Part shown: positions 40,661 to 54,760 of the stretch, piece by piece
How positions within the stretch are numbered: the stretch's first letter is position 1
How the letters are laid out: each line of letters starts with the position of its first letter
Translations under genes and position numbers: made by a program
Assembly: GCA_032718475.1 (NCBI GenBank)
Contig: JAUCBJ010008258.1
Location: forward strand, 45,074 to 109,073
Length of the DNA stretch: 64,000 nucleotides
Direction: 5' to 3'
Source: Nemertoderma westbladi
Lineage: Eukaryota; Animalia; Xenacoelomorpha
The notes under the pieces: generated by a model
What the model was told of the DNA's origin: nothing
Databases searched by the model: none
The model's input: only the letters and a program-made list of their open reading frames with translations

Positions 40661-40719
40661 CCATACCCTTCTTATGCGCAAGTGGCAGTATGTACCAAAA
40701 GGTATACAGATCTATACCA

Positions 40720-41065
40720 AGATACGGTATTTTCGCTCAGTGTTGCTCTAAATTACATTGTTATAGCTTGGTATAGGTCGGTATTTGCCAGTGTTGGCTC
40801 GGTATAGCTCTTTATGGTATTGCTATAGCTAGGTATATGCCGGCATAGGCTGGTGTTTGCTCGGTATAGCTCTGTATTGTATGCTATAGCTAGGTATACG
40901 TCGGTATACCTTTATTAAGTATTTAATTTAACTTTAATAAGTCATTTTATGGATCAGTATAGCTCTGTATTGTATTCTTATAGCTCGTTATAAGTCGGTA
41001 TATATTTTAGTAGCCATTTTATAGGTCGGTATTAGGTCATTATAGCTCTGTATAGGTCAGTATAC
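40720..41065. repeat. Degenerate GGTATAGCT-type minisatellite
   Basis: Many CGGTATA and TATAGCT units at roughly 10-bp spacing. Confidence 0.7.
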
Positions 41066-41792
41066 CTTTTTTTAGTACGTACCGCAAGTGACACACATGC
41101 GTGAGGTTTACTTTACCTTTACTATGGAGGACAAGTGGAGTGGAACAATAGGGCAATATTGATAGCTTATTGTCAGAATTGTTCGAACAGGCTGAAGGGG
41201 ACTGACTCAATGACCTCCAGCTCGAATAACCGATGTATTTCAATGACTTTGAACTGTATTACGGGTCTGGTGTAATTAAATGGACCAACTAGAAAACAAC
41301 CAATGTCCAAACCCAGTGACATGCAGACAGTAAGTAATCAGCAAATGGAGGTCAGCTGATCAAGCTAAAATAGGTGCTTACGCTCCAGTCGTGCTGAGAA
41401 TAACACCACAGTGCTACATTAGGTGCTTACCCTACAGTTATGCTGAGCACAACACCATGGTGGTACATTTTTATATATAAACGATGTTTTACCTGAGGAC
41501 CAGTATAAATCGCATTTAATTGCTGTTTAATTATTTATCTATGAATGGGAGAATCTTTTAGGCTCGTTAAGCCAAGGAATGCCTGTTCACCACCATGGGT
41601 GATCTTCCACAGTAAACCCTTCCACTATTATTTATCTAACCCAATTATTTATCTATGCATATGGAGTAAAATTTGAAATAAATAAATATTAACAGATTAA
41701 ATTGAGAAATACAGAAGTAAAATAACAAGCCAAGTAAAATCAAAGTAATTAAAGAACATTATACAGTTATAGGTAAGGTGGGGATGATTAAT

Positions 41793-41949
41793 TTAATACA
41801 ACAAACGTGGTTCAAGGTCTACACCCACCGACAAGTAACAAAAGAAAGTGTATTGCAGGGAGCTTTCTGCCTCTCCTAGAGGCCTTCCACAGGCCTTATT
41901 TTGTTACTTGTCGGTGGGTGTAGACATTGAACCACATTTGTTGTATTAA
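41793..41949. repeat. Inverted repeat with ~51-bp arms and ~55-bp spacer (MITE/hairpin)
   Basis: 41793-41843 is the reverse complement of 41899-41949 with 2 mismatches; TTAA at both ends. Confidence 0.9.
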
Positions 41950-42739
41950 GTAAAATCAATTAAAATTAGTTGGTACTAGCAAGCCAGGCGCGCACATTTT
42001 AATATTGAATTTTGATTTAATTCCTTTTATTAATATAAAACCAAAACAAATAATACAGAATTGTCATGATTTGGATTATAAAGCTGCAGTCGAGGATGAT
42101 GTGTTTCACCAACATTAATTAATTTTAAAATATATTTGTCCTCAATCGCTTATTATATTAATTTAGACTATATGATAGATACTCTCTATGATTGACCTTA
42201 TGATAGTTGTTCTCGACCGTCGCATCCAAATTGAATTAGCTACCACATAGCCAATTTCATAAAGTATTGTTTGTTTATATAAATTAGTCACATAAATTGT
42301 CATTTTATTGGCCCTTATTATTATTATATTCCGAGTATTACCCACAACAACTACACAACAACTTCAACAATACTATACAATATAAATAATCAGCCAGGTA
42401 TTACTATAGAGATTAATATGTTCCGAGTTTCAAACATTCAATAATGAGATATATGTTTGACCTTTGATTAACTGTGTTCGTCTCTCAGAAGCAAAGACAC
42501 TATTCGAAATGCAATAAACCGAAAAATTACTAAAAGTACCGAAAATATTCACTGCATGTTGGTGAAAATTACTTATACAGAGCCCAGGACCACGCTGAAT
42601 CCAACCATACTTTCCCCATATCACGAGTCAGTAGTCAAGGAGGAGATAGAGGAACAAACGAACATACATATATAATTTGAGCTTTAAATATTGAAGATAG
42701 GGGAACAAACAAACACAATTTGAGGTTTAGATATAGATG

Positions 42740-43790
42740 TTAGGTGTCAGTTGTTGGGGATGGCCAGTTGTCATCAACCAGATGGATAGTTGTAGGTGGC
42801 AGATGCATTTGCAATGGTATAAGGTATGGCTTCAACCAATAACATGGGCATGCTGTGGTAACAAAACATACGCCGATTTTAAGTTTACTGGTGATCGCAT
42901 CAGGACCTGCAGCTCTCCGTGGTTTTGTTTGTGAACAGACTCTGTTATTTCTGCTGCATCGATTGGGTGATCTAAATCGAGGTCTGGCTGGTATTGATGA
43001 TAGGTTCGGCAGGGATTCGGCAGATATAAGTTTCTTAAAATGCATGGACCACGATTCTTCTGAAACTTGTTGCACAACAGGTTTTGTAGCAGTTTGTTGG
43101 ATTTTAGTAGATTTCAAAATAACGATTTTTCTCTTCCACTGTTTTCAATTAATTGTATTTCTTTTTCACATGATATAATTTCTTCTTGTTTGTTAGAAAC
43201 AATTGATATTTTCACTTATTCATGGTGTATAATTCTCTGGATTCCAATGTAGAGTTTGTGCGGAGAACTTTCTATTAATTCGACTCTCCTGGTTCAAGGT
43301 AACATTGTCTGCCAAACCACAGCTTCAATCTAGTTTGCCAGGGGCACCATAATGTTGCAGCTTCAGTGATTGCTGATGTTATAAAACTGCAGGCCAAATC
43401 AATGCTATGGTTTAGCACTTCCTGGAATTCGTTAGGATTGCGAATTGTAGCAACTTTATCCGTATCTATATGTCGAATGGCTTTCTTTATTCCCATTCGT
43501 TAATTTCGTTCATCTAAGCATCTAAGTTGTACATCAATTCTATGGTGAGTTTTGCATTTATCTGTAGTAAATGGGGGTTGTTGGATAGTTCAACAGAGTC
43601 TGCCTGTCGCACAATAAACTACTGTGATCACCAGAGACAAGACTGCAGTTAAAGTCCCCAATCTTGATAATATAAGAATTTGTTGCATTTCTGATAGTGA
43701 TAATTTGAATATTGAGTTCTAATAATATATCTGTTACTTCCATTTAACAACGGTTTGTAGTAGTTACATATAAACACCAACTCCACAAAG
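42740..43790 (-). mobile_element. Degraded LINE endonuclease-to-pre-RT fragment
   Basis: IIKIGDFNC, WF..C and RAAGPDAI motifs. Confidence 0.7.
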
Positions 43791-44099
43791 AGAACGGCCA
43801 GCATTAATTCACTTTACAGAGAACATTTAATCAACCCACCCCCCTATCCTATAAAATAAACCTAGTCCCTAAGCCTTCACGACTGCTGATGGCAGCAGAT
43901 AATGAGGGTGATGCAGAAGACAAGATTATAATTTCGGTGAACAAATACCGAAAATACTGCTGTATATACACTGCTGTGCGACATTCTGTGCTGTACAGCA
44001 GTAAGGAAGGACAACGTAGGCCTACCTGTATTGTATAGGAATATATTGGCATTGGTTACTACATTGAGAGAGAGGACAACTGGTCCAATACGATTCAAA

Positions 44100-47000
44100 G
44101 GAGGAACAGAACTGTGAAACCGGTAACTTAAAGAAATAGGTCTACAGACTATCAGACTACAGAACCTTTCTGTCTCTAACCAGAAATGAATAACTCACAG
44201 GATGAGGAGGAACTGACGGAAATGAGTAACGGAAAATTAAAGACATACCGGTACCTAACGGACCACGGGATCGACTCATCTGGCACCAGGGCAGAAATGC
44301 TCATTAAAGCTCTAAAATACATAAAATCACCTAAAGAGCAACCACAAGAAATACCGGTAATAGGAGACACATCTTACACCATAACATTTCCAGGTAACAA
44401 CAACATCCAACAGAACAATTCATACTCTGCATATGATACCTATATGATAATACCATCCTACATATTTGCGAGGACAAAACGTCCATTCGGGATTCATCGG
44501 TATCCACAACTATCTGGGACAACAGTTATACAGGGCTTTGCCTTCCCATACAAACACCCCCTCCCCATCAGGCCACCCCTGAAAGAGATAATCTGGTCGA
44601 AAAATAGAAATAGAACCCGAATATTCGGACGGGCAAAAGACATTTACCCCGATATCAGCGAATATACCGGTAGGCCTGGCCTACCTGCCAATTGTAGGCC
44701 AAGTGATACAGGCCTATGTCTCGAGGGACTTTTAATCAAGATAGACGCAATGAATATACAGGTTCAGGAAAATAAAGATACTATTAGAATATTACAGCAA
44801 CAACTAAACTTTATGTATAACAATGATAACAGGAGGAGGATTCCAACGTCTGTGAGGAAAGTCAGCGATGGGGTTCCAACTTCCGGGATCAGCGACGGGG
44901 TTCTGAATTCCGGGATCATCAATGGGGTTCCGACTTCCGGGATCAGCTACGGGGTTCCAACTTCCAGGATCAGCGACGGGGTTCCGACTTCCGGGATCAG
45001 CGAAGGGGTTCCAACTTCCGGGATCAGTGACGGGGTTCTGATTTCCGGGATCAGAGACGGGTTCCGACTTCCGGGATCAGCGACAGTGTTCCGACTTCCG
45101 GGATCAGAGACAGGGTTCCGACTTCTGGGATCAGCGATGGGGTTCCGACTTCCGGGATCAGCGACGGGGTTCCGACTTCCGGGATCAGCGACGGGGTTCC
45201 GACTTCCAGGATCAGCGATGGGGTTCCGACTTCCGGGATGAGTGAAGGTGTTCCGCCTTCTACAGAGGCTGTATTTAATGTGATTCCACTGAGGAAAGCG
45301 TCGGGTTGGACAAATATAACATGTCTAATGTTCATGGATTCAAATCGTAGATATATATCACCACGACAAATAGATAAAAATGCCAGAATGATACCAACAC
45401 CCACTACACAAGACTACTGATAAATATCATGAGTGCAAAATCTAAGTATCCTAACATCGAAAAAATATATATACATACAGGTACAAACGACATAGACAAC
45501 AAAAAATCACAAACAAAAATGTTCGGTAATATCAAGGAAGCTATTGAAATAATAAAAACTTCATGGCCAGATTCAAAAATTGTTCTATCATCAATCTTAC
45601 CACGGAATGACTATCATTGTCATGATGTAGCATCGGCAAACGAACATATTAATAAGATATGCAAAAAATATAACATCATATACTCCAAACATGAAAAAAT
45701 ATCCTCCATTCACTTGTATGATGCAAAACATATCTCACAACGTTTCATACATCTACTAGCAATGTCCATAATACAACACTTGAATAAGAGACCAACGCAG
45801 CGTATACCTATGGTGATAAATAAGACAAATACGGATAGTAGTATAGATACAACACATGGTCGGGAAGGGGCAAGTAGGGGGGAGGGAGCTCAGATAGGCG
45901 GCAGTCTTTCCTTTCGACGCAAAGTGTTGTTACCTACCCCTACCCAGGCGACCAAAACCCCTACCGAAACACCTAATACTTCATCGGCCAATATACCCAT
46001 ACCCAACAAACAGAAGTCACAAAAGGAGGGCATAATAAACGCTGTAATCCAATTATTACAAGCGATGTAGTCGTAATTGCATTGAATTTTTACTGGAAAT
46101 ACTATATACTAACTTGTTAATTATTCGTTAATAATTCTACATCATTCGTAAACGAAACTTTCAGGGCATCACTTATTATTTAGTATATTCCTTTTCTTAA
46201 ATATATATCAATGCCCAAATATTTCTTTAAGTATAAATAAATCAATAATTAATAATGTCGAGTTAATATTAAGTATTATTTTAAACATAGTCATATCTCG
46301 GGAGATATTGTTAATATACACTGGAATCGTTTTAACTATTGTGATTATATAATAATTATATATCCATATAATAATATATATATAATAATTCATAATATAT
46401 AATAATAATTCCATATCACAATTACTGTTGTCAGTTACTAATATCACTACATGATAAATAGGGTTATAAAGAAGCACTATACAAGTTCGAAAAAGTTCAA
46501 AACTATGCATTACGGACAACATTTGGCAAAAAAATAAAAGGTACGACTGGTACTGAACTCAGGGAAAGAGCAAGAATTCCATTGCTGGCTGCTTTACGGG
46601 AATACTTTGGTCTTATATATTTCTTCAAATACATATATAAATTATCGCGACCATTCAAAACACTGCACTTACCTTTTCAATCTAATAAAAATCTAATTAT
46701 AAACTCAAGAACAAAAAATATCAAGATTCCCAAAACTAAAAACAGATATGGACATGAAAGTTTAGTAGTAAATCTAATAAAAATCTGGAACAAATTGCCC
46801 AAAGATGCAAGGATCTGCACATCAATAAACGCATTTAAAAATAAAATAAAATTACTATATCAATATCAATATCAATATAAAAGAGATGATACATAAATAT
46901 TCCGCGTCACTCCCTACCTTGTGCTTTGTTGTTTTATTAATTGTATTAGTGTAATTTGTAGTGTAATATTAGTTAAATATATGTCTTAATATTGGATAAT

Positions 47001-47166
47001 TATTATGTATGTACTAGAATATAATGTTACATAGTAGCATTGGCCCTGTGACGCTTAATCACTCAAATTATCAGTGTGTACTTTTGTGCGTACTGCCTCA
47101 ATAGAGTTTTTGCTATATTGAGTTTTAACGTGATTAAAAGAAATAAAACTAAACTAAACTAAACTA
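44100..47166 (+). mobile_element. CR1/L2-group LINE with SGNH-esterase ORF1 and almost all of ORF2 deleted
   Basis: ORF1 pieces 44186-46070: SAP-like N-terminus, coiled coil, FMDSN, HTGTND, SSILPR, YDAKH. Only the ORF2 C-terminus remains (RYG..IWNKLP, 46600-46896). (TAAAC)n tail at 47144-47165. Confidence 0.8.
44862..45250 (+). repeat. 27-bp tandem array (about 14 units) within ORF1
   Basis: Unit GGGGTTCCGACTTCCGGGATCAGCGAC, translating as GVPTSGISD. Confidence 0.95.
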
Positions 47167-48484
47167 AGACATCATTCTGAAGGCTGTCACATTGCTAATG
47201 ACATGTTGCTGTACATTTGGACTGCGAATATATATGGTGGTTGCATCCTAGATCTGTGTCTGTGTAAGTGAGCTCCAAATTTACTAAGAGCTCTTTTAAG
47301 GAGGCAGATCCTGTAAGGCTCCTTCCTGACAGCTCCTTTAAGGTTGCATTACTGGAGTAACTGCAGAATGCTGGCCCTGTTTGCGAAACAGACTTCTCTA
47401 AGAATTACCAGTTAGGCGACTCTTTCAGGGGTAAGGTGGTTAATGACATAATCGATATGTTTGAGTATCTGGCATAGCAGAAACTTGATCCTCCCAGCGT
47501 TTAATCTGAAAGATTTATCATCAATCCCACCTTTTGCAACTACTGATGCTAACATGCTGCACCTTCTTTACATTGTTAGTGGGCTTCTGGAGAGTATTGC
47601 CGTACTCAGTATGAGATTCGTTCGAAATTCCAGAATTATAGTACCTGTCCTGTGACTCTGAAAGATGGCAAACCAGTTTCTGCTATTACTACCACCATGG
47701 CTTCATATGCCTGTGCTGTGCCAGTTCTGTTCTACCATCTTTTATTGAGAAACAGAGCCCTACTACTGCGGGAAAAGAAATCGAAAAAGAAGAATAAATC
47801 TAGCCCTAATTCGAATGCCATGGGGGCCGTGGCGACTGGTGCAAGTTCAGGGGCCGCGGTTGTCAATTCTGTAGGTATATATTCGAGGTTGCTGACTCAG
47901 CTGAGTCGGGTGGCGAGGATGTGGTGTTGACTAATACAGTTGACATGGTTCCCTTTACAAAGGTAGGTCGCCATGGTAAATGTCCGGTGAGTTTATATCC
48001 AGACCAGGGTGATCCACTTCAACCTGGGGAGCATTCTGCTCAGCCAGCTAGACCTCCTGCTGTCTAAGGAATCTCAGACAATGGAGCATTCGGCGCTTTA
48101 GTACCTAAGAAGAAGCTTTTCTTGTATAACTGTGATAGATGATATCCGAGCATGTTAAGAAATCTATTGACCACAATATCCTTTACTTTGTGAATTGATT
48201 GGTGACAATACATAATATATTTGAAGAAAGTAAAATTGTACATACTGTTTGTAGATTTTAAGAGAGCATATGATACTGTGCCAGGAATTTATTACTACAA
48301 CACCTAAGAACCTCTGTTGTGACCGAGTTATGCTGAGAATAATCAAGTTACTATATTTGTCTACTACTAGTGTGTTAAAAACACTCTATACTTAATTTTG
48401 TGTTTAATTATTTTTGGTTTATTGTGTTTTAATTACTATATATATTATTCCGCAATAATTTTTATTGTCCATTTAAATCACTCA

Positions 48485-49578
48485 TTATGTCCTTTTTTTG
48501 ACTTTTTATGTCCTCCAGAAATTTACCGTACGGTTCCATGCTACCGGTTTCTCTACTGCTGTTCTCTCAGGCTATCAGTACCGGTATTAGTATATAGAGC
48601 ACTATTTTGCAGTACTGCTGTATTGTATGTACATATGTACAGACTGTCCCATACCGATTGGTGCAATGCGGACTCGTTCGCCAGAGAAAGGCGTCCAATG
48701 GTGCGAGTTAATGATGCGGATTTTATAGTCGCTGTATCTGATAGGACCCCCTGTCACAATAGAGGATGCGGCGATATACATAGAGACCTTCGAGATTAAT
48801 AAGGATTATAAGATGTCGACTTGTACATGTTTGCCTTTTTTAAAACATTATCATTGCAAACATATATTAGGTATTGCAATTCAGCAGAAACTCGTAAAAA
48901 CTCCGTTGAGCGTGATAACGGTTCCGTTGGGACAGAAACCCAAGAAAAGGAAGGCCGAAGAGGGCGTCCAAATGTTTATCGCGAGATTGATTATGCTTTA
49001 AATGTAATTTAATTGTTTATTTTATTTGACAGGTATTAAAATTTATTTTTTTAATTTAGCAAGAAATTAAATTGTATTGATTGAATTTGTCGAGTAATTA
49101 TTAATTTATTTAATTTGATGCGTAATTACATTGTATTGATTTAATTTGACAGGTGAAGAAATTGTATTAATTTTATTTGAAATATAATTTAATTGAATTT
49201 ATGTAATTTGAAATGTTAATCAATGATGCTGTCCCATTCCCTCAAATGTTCATGACATAGTTTATTGTTATGTTCATGACATAGTTTATTGTTGGGGTTA
49301 GAAGGGCCCGCCTCTGTAACCTGCTCCTTTCCTTCATTTAGTCAAGTGACTGTTTATTGTTTTGGTTAGAAAATCCCGACAAATGTTCAATGTTTTGGCA
49401 TAGGCATGTTGAAATCAACTGTCTGACAGTCCAGAAATTAGCAGTCTTGACAGTTTGAAGAAATACATACATAAAAAGTCATTAAAGGACAACAAAAGTC
49501 AATAAAAGGACAACAAAAGTCATTATGCACAATTCGTAAAAAAAGGAGGACAAAAAAAAGTAAAATAAAAGGACATAA
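48485..49578 (+). mobile_element. MULE/Mutator-like deletion derivative with SWIM zinc finger
   Basis: CTCLPFLKHYHCKH..VPLGQKPK. Inverted ends TTATGTCCTTTT..GTCCTCC and GGAGGAC..AAAAGGACATAA; AAATCACT in both flanks. Confidence 0.75.
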
Positions 49579-50179
49579 AAAATCACTGCCATATTATTCA
49601 GTGCTAAAACATAAGTCGCATCGATCTATGTTTTAAGTCTATCAATATTGTGCGTATTTTTTACTTTGTATTTATAATTTAATTATGTGCACTGTTTTAG
49701 CATAGTTGAGATGTCTCTCTCTTCTTAAATAAAATATCTTATCTTATCTAAAAACGATTTGTATTAGTTTAAGAATTGAGAAGGGTCGCTGGAGTAGAAA
49801 CCGCTAGATATGCGAGTCTATCAGTCCGAAAACTTAGCTGTCCAGGATGAACATCATGTTCCACATCACTATCCTTTTTCTCGACATATACGTAGTACAG
49901 TAAGTTTCGTATAGTGCAATCAGATTTACAGATCCTTGTTGCCTTGACGCCCGAACTTATATGCAATTATATTTTACAAGTATTGGAAGTTTATTATTAA
50001 GATAAATAGATAATTAATTAATTATTATAAAATTGTGCTCTTTAATATTAATATTTTTCTAGGTATTGCTTCATTAGAACAGAATTTGCATTGGAATCCT
50101 TATTTTGGATAATTACTGTATCTATGGATCTCGTTATCTGTGCGGTGCTAATTTACCAATAAAATTCAGTAATTATCAA

Positions 50180-50256
50180 TACTACTACTACTACTACTAG
50201 GATCGGCGTGCTGCATTGCAGCTGCATTTTTAAGAATGCTGTGCCGGATTATCAAT
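50180..50256 (-). mobile_element. Tiny RTE LINE 3' end (same family as 5570-6262)
   Basis: (CTA)n followed by GGATCGGCGTGCTGCATTGCAGCTGCATTTTTAAGAATGCTGTGCCGG. Confidence 0.85.
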
Positions 50257-51318
50257 AAATATGCTACTACTAAGGACATTCGGGTCAGGTATTTCCACTG
50301 GTCCTTCTTATATTCAATTAATGCTATTTATTGAAATAAATTTATTATTAATGCAATATATTATTATAATGTTGGACAAATTGTTGAAACAAATTGTAAA
50401 ATGGTTTAGGCGAGGGTCACTATATTATATACGGAATTCTTACCCAGAATACACCTTGTTGTGGTGGCATCTCCTTTTTAGTATTCATACTCGTGCTATA
50501 CTCACTTTCACACGGAATAAATACAAATTTAATTTAAATTATCTACAATGCTCAAGTTTGACATGGAATGGAAAACATAATATATAATTCATCAGGAGCG
50601 CTAAAGGTAATGGACTTTCTAACCATAATGTTGCTTTGAGCATATGAGCTATGGAATTACTAATTACGTCAATATAATTATGAGTTTAAGTACCGAATAC
50701 GAATCTATTATTGGCAAAGCCATTTATACAGGTAAATTATTATCATTATTATTAGTTATTGATTATTGTCATCTTTATTTACTGTACTTGATAGATTAAT
50801 AATGAGGAAAATAACATATATTCCTAGAAAATAACTCTCATAATTCTTCCCAGCGGTGAGTAATTATTATAATATTGCTGCTGCAAAGTCCTTCTCACTA
50901 CTATTTTTAATGGAATTTTAGGTTGTACATTATTGCCAATTACTTGTAATATTCGACCTGCATAAATGTTAGTTTTAATATCATAATTTGTCCCCAAATT
51001 TATGCACTCTGCGGTGACTTTCCGCATATATTCTCAGTATTAACTAAATAGTTTTAGTTATTAATATATAATAAATAGTATAAATACTTTTTGGTCCATT
51101 TCTGAGTTGTTTCAGCTTTTATAAGACATAAATTCACCTGTTGTCACCCATACCCGATCTCAAGTGGCCAAGTTCCCCAGTGCTTAAATAAATGAGTGGA
51201 AAGCGGGGATGATGCCAATCATAAAAGAAATATCTTCTCCATACATTTCAAGGAATTATTGGGGTATTTTGGCACACCGCAGTATTGATGGCCCATTTCG
51301 ATCTAAAATGTGCAAATC

Positions 51319-54300
51319 CTACTACTACTACTAGGTCGAGCGAACTCGGACAGTGGAAATGAGATCCTTCCAGGCTTCCCGATTCTCCATAGTTGTCGCA
51401 ATTTCGTTTCTCCCAAGTTCAGTATCCCTTTCAAGTTGATCTATATATGTTATGGCCGGTCATTCACGACTACGCTTTCCATGAGTTGGTTGCCAGAAAA
51501 GTAGATCTGGTCTGACCTCGTCTTTACTTCGCCAGCAGTGCCCACTGAATCTTAATATGCGTTCACGGAGGGTGGTTGATACATGTGGTATTGTACCATA
51601 AAGCTCGGCGTTTGTCATGTGTTGTCTCCAGAAGATGTTTAGGGCTGCCCTTAGTAGTCTTGTGTAGCAACTATCAATTCGTTGTTCAAGTGATTTAGTC
51701 AGTCTCCAGGTCTCACCCCCATATAAAAATACACTTTCCACTGTGGCTCGCAAGAACTTAGTCTTCAGGTGCCTGGAGAGATCTGATTTCCAGATGGTAT
51801 CCATTTTTGATAGAGCTACCCAAGCCTTTGCTTTCCTAACTTCTATGTCCTTTTTGCTACTCTCTATCCATGATCCAAGGTACTGGAAGTCGTCGACCTT
51901 CCTTACATTAAAGGTCATGAATTCGGTTTTGGTAGCATTTATATGCAATCCAACCTCCTTAGCAGCCCTCTCCACTTTATTTAGTAGAAGCTGTGCATCT
52001 GCTAGCGTATTAGAGAGCAGGGCGATGTTATCCACAAAGTCGGTGTCTGTGACTGTAGTTGCCGGATTTCTACTACTTCTGCATTCTTGAAGTGTGAATC
52101 CCAGATCTTCACCGTTTGTGGCCGTCCTCATTGCATAATCCAGCACAATTACAAATAGTAATGGTGCTAATGTGTCACCTTGCAGTACGCCAGCCAGGAT
52201 TGAGAAAAACTCAGTTTCACCATCTGGTGAGAGTACCTGAGCTTCTGTGTCACAATATAACAATCCAATGCCAGCAACAATTACTTCTGGTATTCCATAA
52301 GCTCTTAGGATTTCAAGCATTTTACCTCTTTGGATGTAGTCGAATGCCTTCTTGAAGTCCACAAAAGTCATGACAGCTGGGAGATTCTTCGACTTAATTC
52401 CTTCAATCAGTCTCTGTAGTGCAAGTATCTGAGCTATTGTTGATCTACTTGGTCGAAATCCGTTTTGGCTCTTATGCAGTAGTTTCTCTATGTGAGGCCT
52501 AATCTAAAACTATAAAGAATCATTTTATTGTATATTTTGGCAGCTACCACAAGCAGACAGATCCCACGATAGTTTGTTGGTATGCCGAGGTCTCATTTCT
52601 TGGGGAGAGGCTTTAGTTGACCTTTAGTCCAAATTGGTGGTGGCTTTTCCCCTTTTAACATCTGGTTGCAAACATTCAATAATGGTCTGTTTAGCACTCC
52701 GGTTTTCCATACCTCCGCTGGGATTTCATCTAATCCACTCGCTTTATTATTGGACATGCTTTTAATGCTTCTTTGGAGTTCGGCAGGTGTGAAGTCCCCT
52801 GTTTCTATAGGTAGTGTCTTGTCATATATTTTCCTTGTAGGGCTGACCTCGATTTCTGGTGGCTGCCCAAGCAAGTTGCTGAAGTGATTTTTCCAATTCC
52901 CAACACGTTCTTCAGGACTATCGGCTTTGAGGCGCCCCTTTGCACAACTTTTCCGACCAGATACCTCATTTACAGTTTGCCAGGTAAGTCTTGATTGTTG
53001 CTGTATGTGAGCAGTTGTAATTGCTTCAATTTTACCCTGTATGTACTTTTCCTGGCTGATGTTGTAGGCCAATTTAAGATCGTCCTTAGCTTTCTCAACC
53101 TTGTTAATGTTTTCGGTTGTTGGTTGTTCGGTTTTAACTTTGTAGGCTATCTTAAGATCTTCTCTCTTACAACTAACCTCAGAGTTTTGCCATGGCACAT
53201 ACTGTTTTTGTTTGGGTTTCTGGGGGATATGCCTCTTAGCTGATTCCTTGTGCGCTGTTATTATATTCTGGTATATTTAATCGGTGGACTGGTCTTCATC
53301 CATTGACTGCAGTGCTTCAAAGCGGTTTTGAACTTCTACTGTGTAAGCATCCTTTGCAGCATTGTCAGTTCTGAGTTTCTCCCAGTCATAGTTGATTTGC
53401 TTGCTTGTCCTGGGTTTGCTGGCTTTCAAACTGAGTCTGATATCTGCAGTCACAATTCTGTGGTCCGAACCAATTAGGTTGAACGAGCTGTATGCCTCGC
53501 AGTTGATCATGCTGTTTCTCCACTTTTTGTTTATAAGGATGTAATCCAGTTGTGCTTTGGTTCCATTAGGGTATTGAAAGGTCCATAGCTTCCCCTTACT
53601 CTTTTCGAATGTGTTGTTTGTTGGTATCAATTCACATTCTTCCATTAGGTCTAAAAGTAAGTACCCATTTCTGTTAGAACTTGTGTTATACTGTAGGTGT
53701 AACCCTTGATGTCTTCTGGGCCAATTTGCGCATTCAGGTCACCAGCAATGACTGTGTTTCGGAATGTCCTTTATAAGTCCAGTCAGCTCGTCATAAAACT
53801 TGACTGCTTGTTCTGGCTCTGAGGCATTGGTTGGACTGTAGCAACATATAATTGTTGCCTTGGGATTCCCATCAAATGTTGCGATCATAACCCTGGAATT
53901 TATAGATTCGATGTTGTTTAGGGTCTTAGTGCATATGGGCTTAGCAGAATTCCTACTCCACCAATTGATGCATTGGCCGAGTTTCTTACTGCTGAGCTTG
54001 TTACTAACGTCCATCCATTTCCAATGTCATTGTACTTCATGGCAGTGTCTTCATGACAAATCCGATGTTCTTGGATGCAGATGATGTCAATGTTATATTC
54101 CATTTTCCTTTATATTATATTCCTGTTTGGTATGTGCTTTCAGCATGCGTGCGTTCATTGTAGCAATCTTTAGTGTCTTTTTACATTTCAACAGGTTGGT
54201 TCTTCTTTCTTCTCTGGTTTCTGTTCCAGTAGCCAATTTATCGACCCCAGCCTGGTGTACCACTGAGGGACGTGGTCCTTGTTGACCCGGGCAACGACTG

Positions 54301-54760
54301 AGCCAGTATTTCTCCTGGAGGGTTCTCATACTCATATCTTTCAGTTGCGAGAGTAAACCGCTTGTGGTCGCAACTCCTACAAGCGACTTCGCAATAGGTC
54401 ACTGTTGGTTTATTACCTTCCACCGACCTTGTCAGCATGTCTAGCCGTTGGTTGATTACCTTCCGCCTATCCATGGCCTACAGCCCTGCTGCCGACTGTA
54501 GGGGTTCTTTTGTTACACCTTGAACTAAGTGTGCCTCCTGGGTTAGGTTACCTAACACTGGTAGAGGAGTATTCAGTATAGACAGAGCGGGCATATATCA
54601 TCTCTATTGTAGATGCTTATCAAGCCTTTGCATTCAATGGTGCCCTAGGCGCTATAGCCCTCAATGACTTATTTAATTGACGGGGCTAAAACCAACCCAC
54701 TCTTGATCAACTAAATAATGAATAGGCTATGCTTATCGGGCTATGCTACTGGGCTGACAG
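51319..54760 (-). mobile_element. Near full-length RTE-clade LINE (APE + RT), frameshifted
   Basis: IATMNAR, ICIQEHR, QLDYIL, GSDH; KASGLD, FVDFKKAFD, GVLQGDTLAP, YLGS, RFSGHC; (TAG)n tail at 51319-51332. The 5' boundary is approximate. Confidence 0.92.

Noticed and set aside
49770-49850. Penelope-type terminal hammerhead remnant
   Set aside because: Only TTGAGAAGG..CCGAAA similarity; the catalytic core and stems could not be drawn.
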